From Amoebidium appalachense (lineage: Eukaryota; Protista; Ichthyosporea): 64,000 nt of DNA. The notes beneath the pieces are model-generated. The model was given only the letters and a program-made list of their open reading frames with translations, made no database searches and had not been told where the DNA came from. A program made the translations under genes and the position numbers. The stretch covers positions 19,228,125 to 19,292,124 of the forward strand of contig CAVNZM010000001.1 in the NCBI GenBank assembly GCA_963693365.1, read 5' to 3'. Below are positions 56,083 through 64,000 of this stretch, in pieces; within the stretch, counting starts at the first letter, position 1; the number at the start of each line of letters is the position of its first letter.

Positions 56083-56132
56083 CAAGGCCTTCTGAATAGG
56101 AGTGCTTTCAACGTGCTATTCAGAAGGCCTTG
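56083..56132. mobile_element. 50-bp minimal hAT-like MITE
   Basis: Perfect 17-bp inverted repeat CAAGGCCTTCTGAATAG / CTATTCAGAAGGCCTTG with a 16-bp spacer and an exact 8-bp direct repeat TTCTGAGT on both sides (56075-56082, 56133-56140). Confidence 0.85.
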
Positions 56133-57802
56133 TTCTGAGTTCACGAATCCCAAGTTTGCCACATCATGCCACCTGGGTGTTACGTAATCCTGATAGTCTA
56201 CATCGCGCTACCTTTGTGTTAATACTTTTAGGCCGTTTGGGCTATGGTTCAAGTTTTGCACTGAGTGTGCGACCCTATCGCAGGTCGCTATTTGAAAAGC
56301 CCTGAAATATATGTATATTACAGTACTGTTAAATTTTTAATATTTCGTTCTCCATCTATTGAAAAACGTAGGGCAAATATAATATGGTGCACAGTTAGCT
56401 TTTGCCATGAGGCTCTCCATTGCTACAAAAGTTTGTCCAGTCGCACTAAGACGTCATTGGCCACTTTAGTGAGTTAGGCGGCTCCGTTATCGCAAACAGT
56501 TACTATATTTGCTTCTTGCTATAGTTTTTTGTTACTATGTTTAGATTGGCTCTTCGCTTGGCCCACTTTCTATTCTGCCCTTCTTTCTGCTGTTCTGTCT
56601 TTGACAGAGCAGAGTTACATAGATCTTTGACTGAAGAAGGCCTGTTGCACCTGTCTGTGCTTCAGTGCTGCTTTGACTTCACAGTTTCGAGTTGCCGCGC
56701 GGCGAGCGCCGAGCTTGATGTTTCACGTTTGCGATTGTTACAGACGTTTTGAGTCTCAAGAGGTACTTGTTCTTTAGCTTAGGTTGTAGCTATATGTAAG
56801 CTGTTGGCTTCTAAAGTTACCAGGGCTTCTTTGCTACGGGCTTAGTCACTACCTAGCAACGAATACAGATCTGTTCGACAAGGAACAGCAGCCCATCTAG
56901 TGGCCAGAAGCGCGCATTGAATCGGCGCGTTTCTGCATGCAGCGCTCGTATAAGAGAGCTCAAGTAATTCACTTGTGGAACTTCAACAACTACTGGTTGC
57001 TGGTGTTTCGGTGGTGTCAAGACCAGTGAGAGAGCAGGGCAAAGAGCACATCTCCAGGAACAAGGTGTGCTTGTGGTCGGTTATTTTTTTGTTGAATGCA
57101 GCGATTAGGGGCTTTTTTGCTGGTGCTAATAGTTTGTCTGTGTATTAGTTGAGTGATGGGGCTAATGGCCGCGAGTGCATGTGCCAGTTCTAAATGCAAA
57201 TGCACCCGATCATGGCAGGGGCTGTGTGCATATAGTGCTGCAACATGTGGTTGAAGCACTTTTTCGTGGCGTTTGTTTGTGCACCTCTGTGGGTGGTCTT
57301 GTGGTGCTGGTGTTGCCCTGGCAGAAAACCTTCAAGGCCATGTTTCACTGCTCTTTGTGTGTGGTTCTTCTTGCACCGTTTCAAGACGTTTCCTTGAGGT
57401 TGGTTCTGGTGCACAAACCACTGGGCACATAGATGTGGGACATGTCCACTTACAAGTTTACTTTTCCCTACCACCACCCGTCTGTCTGCTTTGATGAAAG
57501 CTGTTATCTCGGTCTTCTTTTCATTGCTTTCTGAGGTGTTTTCTTTCGTTGAAAGGGGAGCTGATTGGACATGTACACGCCGGGGGGGGGGCTGGGGGTT
57601 GGGGGGGGGGGGGGGGGGGGGGGCAGTCAGGGGGAGGGGGAGGGAGGAGGAGGGGAGGGTAATAAAGGAAGGGAGGGAGAGAGCTGGGTAAGCAACCCTT
57701 TTCAAATGCCAACCTGTTGAGCTGCCCTAACACGCGCTTAAACAGTGCAATTGTTCCTTCCTTGCCGCCTCACACAAATGGTGGTTGGTGCCTGACAGCC
57801 AC

Positions 57803-58314
57803 ATGTCGACGCCAAACCCCGAACGGGATCGCGAGCGTCGAAGACACCTGGAGCGGGAGCGAAGAAACGAGGAGCTTAAGGTGGGGGCTTTGGGGAGGGG
57901 CGGAGGAGGGGGGGAAAGGGTTGAAGAGAGGGAGACAGGTAGGGAGGGAGAGAAAGAGGATTGGGAAGGGAAAGTGTGTGTGTGTGTGTTGGGGGGGGGG
58001 GGGGGGGGGGGGGGGGGGTTGCGAGAGGGGGGTTCAGAGAGGGAAGCCAGCTCGGGGAATAAAGGACTAAAGGTTGGTGAGAGTTGCAAACTATAAGCTA
58101 GAGGTGTTGTAATGTTCTTCAGTTTATGTGTGTGTGTGTGCGCGCGTGCGGGTAAGTGGGAGGTGAAGGGTAGGGGCTGGGGAGGGTGGAGGGAGAAGGG
58201 GGTTACATAGTAGAAGTTTCGTTCGGTTTGTTCTTGTTGAAAGGGGCAAGGGGGGGGGGGGGGGGGGGGCACTGCTTGCGTCTTCTGCGACCTATTCCCG
58301 AGTGGTCGGAGCTC

Positions 58315-58349
<35 letters not shown>

Positions 58350-59439
58350 AGGAAATATCCACTCCGTTGCTGTGTATATATATTATCACTCCTATCCAGT
58401 TGCTCATTTTCCATTGTCGTGCCTATTTTTAGGTGCGCCCGCATGAGACGCTAGGCATCCACGGCAGCTTCCCGCCCGACCTCGAGACACTGCAGAGGGG
58501 GGACCTTCGCCCCCACACAGACAAAGTCCTCGACTACCTGTTCCATGCAGACAAGCAGTGCGTGGCCCCGGAAAGCACGGATACAGGCACACACGCACAC
58601 AGCATGTGCAGGCACACAGCATGTTAGGCACACACAGGATCGTGCAGGCACACACAAAACAATTGCAGGCACACACAAAACAATTGCAGGCACACACCGC
58701 ATGTGCAAGCACACAAGGAATGCGCGTGCACAAATGTGATCACCACTGCGTGCATGCACATCCCCCCCGGTGGGGCGGGGGAGGGGAGAGGGGGGACGGG
58801 GGCTGATGCAACCACACACAAAATCTACCTAACAATATTGTATTTACGGAAGTTGGTTGCGTGTACTCTCTCTACGACCGTGGTCTCATGCTGGTCTTTC
58901 CTTCCTCCCTATACCTCCTGTTCCAACCCCCCCCCCCCCCCTGAGGATGGGCTCTGCTTATTATGCATACTCTTTATGTATGGCTTGCATTCTGCATCGT
59001 GTTATCCGTTTGTTTTTGTGTACTTCGTACTTTTTGACGCATTCAAAACCCCCCCCCTCTCCCCACCTTACCCCCGCACCCCTTCCTGCCCTACATCTTC
59101 TACACATCAAAGAAAAACATTCTCCTTTGGTGATGTCATTTTGGTAACATGTATATAGAAACCCTACCCAGATTCCCCTCGTATTGACTACTATTCTACT
59201 TCACTGCTTTTGTTGCCCTTTCTCTTGCATCCCTCAACTGCTTGCTAGGTGGGAGCATTTTTTTATTTTTTTTTGGAGTGGGGGTTGACACATTTGTTCA
59301 TTTGTAGCTTTCGAGGGAAGAAGCACACGGGGGACTCATGCGACTACGGGACATATGTTAGGATCCGCCACCCATCGCTTGCCGGTATGTGCAAAACGTG
59401 CCTAATACTTGGTGTGTTGTGTGTGTGGGGAGATGTGCA

Positions 59440-59505
<66 letters not shown>

Positions 59506-59963
59506 CTCCCCTCCCCCCCCCCCCCTTTCCCCCCCCTCCCCTCTCTCCCAATAGTGCACAAGGCCACACGTGGAAAAAAGTCTAGTTACAGCTGATTCAA
59601 GGGAGTAGCGAAAGTGGGACGACGAAGAGGAAGAGGTGGTCTGGGAGTAGCGAAAAGAATGCTGTGGACCATTACCCCCCACTCCTCAGTCATGTCTTTC
59701 ATACCCTACTCCGGCAGGCTTTCTTTAGGTCTTTGTTCTTTCTTGTCTTATCTTTCCCATTTTTCTCTCCTTTTCTCCATCTTTTGTTGGGCCGTATTCA
59801 GTTTTTCCTTCTTCTTCTTCTTCTTCTTCTTCTTTTTTTTTTTTTTTTTTTTTTTTTGCCGCGATATTTATGAGCTAGTGTAGATGTTAACACTCTTCCC
59901 TCTCCTCCGTCCCTCTCAACACATGCACATGCATGGGCCGTGGCTGCACGTATGCGCGCGCGA

Positions 59964-60001
<38 letters not shown>

Positions 60002-61492
60002 TTGGACACACTTGCCCCCACACAATTTGGGCACGTGGGTGTGCACATACACACGTACCCACACGTACACACACACGTACACACACACGTACACACACAC
60101 GTACACACACACGTACACACACCCGTACACAACAGAGAAAATTCTGCACAGCAGGGAGCAGCTACCCATACCGTGGGCAGTCAACTACAGAAAGAAGCTT
60201 GCTGCTGCGGCCGAGCAATCCCCCCATCCGGCACGGGTTCCCTCGCGTGTGATCTCTCTCAAAGACTACAAAACTTCAGCCCACCAGGTGTGACTCCATC
60301 CTCTACTCTCTTGTACACTCACAGGCACATGTGCGCCTGTGCGCAAATCTACACCTACACACACATGCATGTCCCGTGCGCTCTGACTTTGGCCCCACCT
60401 GAGGATGGGCTCTTCTGATGATGAATCGTATCTTTGTGTGTGTTGTGCAAAATCTGGATTGTGCCGTCCATCATGGACAGGTACTTCGTACTCTGTAGCA
60501 CAATCCCCCCCCTCATATCACGTGTTTTTTCTAATACTCTTGTCGATACAGTCGGCTCCCCAGCAGAGATCCCATTCGCACGATCAGCGACATCTGTCCG
60601 TTTCTCCTATCCCCACAAAGGTACAAGGCTGCCCATGGGGGATACAAGTTTGGCTCGGTATTTGCTGTAGGCTTTAGGGGATTTTCTGCCCGTGACGGTA
60701 GCAACTTTCTGATTTCTGATTCGCGATAGCACTTGGCAATGCACCTGAGAATGTTAGCAGCAAAGTGGAGCCTGTGGAACGAAGAATGAAACAGCGCACG
60801 TAGGCGTAGGCTTTAGAAACTGACTTGCACGTGTGAAGTGCTTAGCCTAGGGTATATCTAACTTTGGAGGTGTTGCATGTGTACAACTATATATGTATAT
60901 ATATACACACACACACACACGTAGATATATAATTATGGCTAGATTTTTGTTTACCTGCTCTTCTATTTCATTTCACATGGTTGGGATGTGGCTCCCCACT
61001 GATATTTTGCGTAGGACAACCGGTTGGCACCACCCGGCCACCGTGACGAATCGGAAGAAAAGGTGTGTGCATGTCCCTGTGTGTTTGTATGTGTCACTTG
61101 CCTCCCATGCATGGCTGCACGTGCTTATGGTCTTTATGCCTGCTGCCTGTATTTGCTTTCCCGTCAGTTCTAGGCATCATATCCCGCCCCTCCCCCCCCC
61201 CCCCCCCCCCCCCCCCCCTTCCCCCCGCCCCCGGCGCCGCCGCCACCCCACCCCACCCGCCCGGGATGTGCTTATGATCCAAATTCCGTTTGTGTGCTTG
61301 GCAGAATCTGCGTTGTGTTGACCGTGAAGACGTACTCCGTACTCCCCACACCCCACCCCACTCCGCTTGCCATCTTTCTCACTGGCGGTCTGCATCTTTC
61401 TTTTCACAGACGAACTTCCCATTTTTTTTTACGTATTCGGGCCCCGCATAGTGCAGTATGCTTGATCTTCTAACCTCCCTTAACCTCCCCTT

Positions 61493-61531
<39 letters not shown>

Positions 61532-61845
61532 TCCCCCCCCCTCCCCCCCCCCCCCCCCCCCCCCCCGCCCCCCTCAACCTCTCACCGGCTCCTACACGTG
61601 CGTGGACCCCCCACTCCCTCCCTCTCTTCCTCGTAATAAATTCCATCTTTTCCCTACCACCTATTAACACACACCACAAATGTCACCATCACCACACCCA
61701 CACACCCGATCACACACACTACACAACCCAGTTCTCGCCACAGCTTGCAGACGGGGACCTTGGGCTCGACCTTTCTGACGAGGAGGAGGGACACGGTGGC
61801 ACCCACAGTGACGGGGTATGTGGGTGGGTGTGTGTGTGTGTGTTG

Positions 61846-61911
<66 letters not shown>

Positions 61912-64000
61912 GGGGGGGGGAGGTGTGCGTGTGTGTGTGTGGTGGTGGTGGTGGTTGGCGGCGGCAGGGGGGGGGGGGGGGGGGGGGGGGGGGGCTTGGA
62001 AAGTTGGGCTCTTCAGTTCGGTTGTACTTGGCGAATAGCTTCCTTTCATCTGCTTACCCTAGACCCATTCCCTCTCTTCGTTTTCGTGCTGGGTGCTGTT
62101 TTCTACAACTTTCTACAACCTGGATGTAGATCGTGGTGTTGCACTGTAGCAGTGTTGCCTACATGTTGCGCTGTGTTATATGCCCCATGCAGTGCGGTTT
62201 CTCGTTTCCACTATTGCGCACTACATAGCATAGACCTTGAACACAAGATTTGTCACCGACTCTACACATAGATAGCAACCTGCAAGCCTGTTAGTGTGGT
62301 TATGTGTTGAGGCCAACTGATCCACCCTCGTCAACTCCCCCCCCCCCCCTCCCTCCCTCCTCCTTCCTCCCCCCTTGCTGTCCTTGAGGCACACTGTGTA
62401 CCCAGACGTGGGCACCTGCACAATACACACACTCAGTCACTCACACTGAAACACACACACACACACACACACACACACCAGGTGGCGGACGTTACCCCCG
62501 CATACAATCCGGACAACGAGGACGACCTGGGCCTCGGCCTGAGTGACGAGTCGGGCTCACAGACCGGTTCCGGTTCGGATTTCTCCGGGTCAGACTCGGA
62601 AGGTGACGACAGCTTCCCCCTCCCACCGCCCAACCCCCCCAGCGGTTCCCCTCCAGGGTCTTTCACAGACGAACCACCCAACCCACCCTCCGAATCACCC
62701 CCTCCCCCTTCACCCCCCTCTCCTCCTCCTGAATCCGAGGGCAAGGGATGGGACGATAGGGTGCAGGGCGAAAACATGGACGTGGTTGGGACTGAAAACG
62801 GCACCAGCCCACAAAAAGAGAATGAGGGTGAGGAGGAGAGAGGGGAGGATGCATCTGGAGAAGGGGTGGAGGGGAAGGAGGATGGAGAGGTAGAGGCGGC
62901 GCCCATGGAAACGGGCGGAAAAGAGAAGGAAAAGGAGGAGGGAGACGGAGAGATGAAAGAGGACGAGGAGGGTGTGGGAAAGAAAGTGGAAGATGGGGCT
63001 GTGTCCCCCGGGCATACTCAAATGGAAGCGGAAAGAAAATCACCTAGTCCGGAGAAGGATGGAAGAAAAGAGACGGTTGTGATGGATGTCGTGGTGGAAA
63101 CGAAAACCGATGAGAAATCACCGGGAAATGTGGAACCCCAGACCAAGGATGCGGAGAATGTCGAAACACGGGAGGAAAAATCCCGTGAAGGCAGCCCGAC
63201 CATAGTTAAAGTTTTTGTAAGCAGTGACAGCCCGTCGCCTAATCCTCCACACATGTCAGAGAGAAAAGATAGCATGGAAAAGGGAGAACTGATTACGAAC
63301 GAAGAATTGAAATCAAGTGTGGGTGTAAAAGACAACACGCCGGAGAGTGGGGAGCTCGGATCGGAGGAGGGGGAGGTGGAGAGGGAGACGGACGGTTCGG
63401 CATTGGCTGTGGGGGCGGATGCAGGCGTCAAGATTAAGTCACCGTCACCCGAGGTGTGTGTTTGGGGTGTGTGTGTGTGTGTGTATGGGGGGGGGGGGGG
63501 GGGGGAAGAGGTGGGGAGGGGGTCGGAGTGAAGGTTTTGGAAGTGGAATTTGCTGTTGGGAGCGTGTGCAGGGAAGTTGGTGTGCATTGATGGCTTGTGT
63601 GTGTGTGTGTTTGTGCACGCATGCATACATGCGGGCGGGCGGGCGGGCGGGCGGGCGGGCGGGCAGGCAGGCATGTGTGTTTTTGTGTTGGGCAAGCGTG
63701 AGGATTTTGAGGTTTTTGGGGCTTAGGACCCGCAGGAAGCGGGGGATGGGGGTGGGGATGGGTGCGTATGTATGTGTGTGTGTGTGGGGGGGGGGGGGGG
63801 GGGGGGGGGAAGGGGGGGAAGGGGGAGTGCTAATGGTTATGCCTTGGATCGGTCATGGTTCTTCACTCTATGATGTGTTGGAGCATGTTGATGGGTTACG
63901 TTATGTTGTTCTTTTGCATTCCTTTTTATCTAGGGGCATAAGATGGTTGTTCTGAAACGGTTGCTGTTGCAGGCATATCTAACACGAGCCAAAGTATTAT
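57803..64000 (+). CDS. 5' part of an unknown spliced gene with a long acidic/Pro/Ser-rich region; continues beyond the window
   Basis: Approximate exons 57803-57880, 58433-58557, 59308-59384, 60136-60287, 61732-61815, 62482-63453, 63973-end join with consistent phases ([14 protein letters not shown]...; [15 protein letters not shown]...; [15 protein letters not shown]...; [14 protein letters not shown]...). The motif DLGL(D/G)LSDE is repeated in two exons. Confidence 0.7.
58941..59048 (+). mobile_element. Poly(C)-associated element, subfamily 2 3' fragment
   Basis: CTGAGGATGGGCTCTGCTTAT...GTACTTCGTACTTTTTGACGCATTCAAAA lies between two C runs. Confidence 0.8.
60050..60130. repeat. 12-bp minisatellite (GTACACACACAC)n
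   Basis: About 6 consecutive units upstream of an acceptor site. Confidence 0.8.
60384..60504 (+). mobile_element. Divergent copy of the poly(C)-associated element
   Basis: TGACTTTGGCCCCACCTGAGGATGGGCTC...GTACTTCGTACTCTGTAGCACAAT followed by a C run; only the conserved motifs are shared. Confidence 0.65.

Noticed and set aside
56500-57560. Moderate ORFs on both strands (e.g. 57190-57705 -)
   Set aside because: No recognisable domain or consistent exon chain.

Overview
Eukaryotic genomic DNA, species not identifiable. It is intron-rich with GT-AG introns, and the introns are packed with poly(G)/poly(C), poly(A/T) and (CA)n/(GT)n microsatellites, so most ORFs in the supplied track are repeat artefacts. 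Manual splicing recovers a 14-exon aldehyde dehydrogenase (-), tubulin-folding cofactor C with a GC-AG intron (+), a PHD-finger/coiled-coil gene (-), an ARM-like/MYND zinc-finger gene (-), an intronless F-box/LRR gene with one in-frame TGA (+), and several unknown spliced genes. The most striking signal is a dispersed family of 5'-truncated retroposon-like elements (about 10 copies, at least 2 subfamilies) whose 3' ends abut poly(C) tracts. The two longest copies carry all hammerhead core nucleotides (GUU, CUGAGGA, GAAAC) in a non-standard, pseudoknotted order with compensatory base changes. A third copy begins exactly at the predicted cleavage site. Two MITEs with 8-bp target-site duplications are also present. 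All calls are by eye with no database search, and homopolymer lengths may be unreliable.
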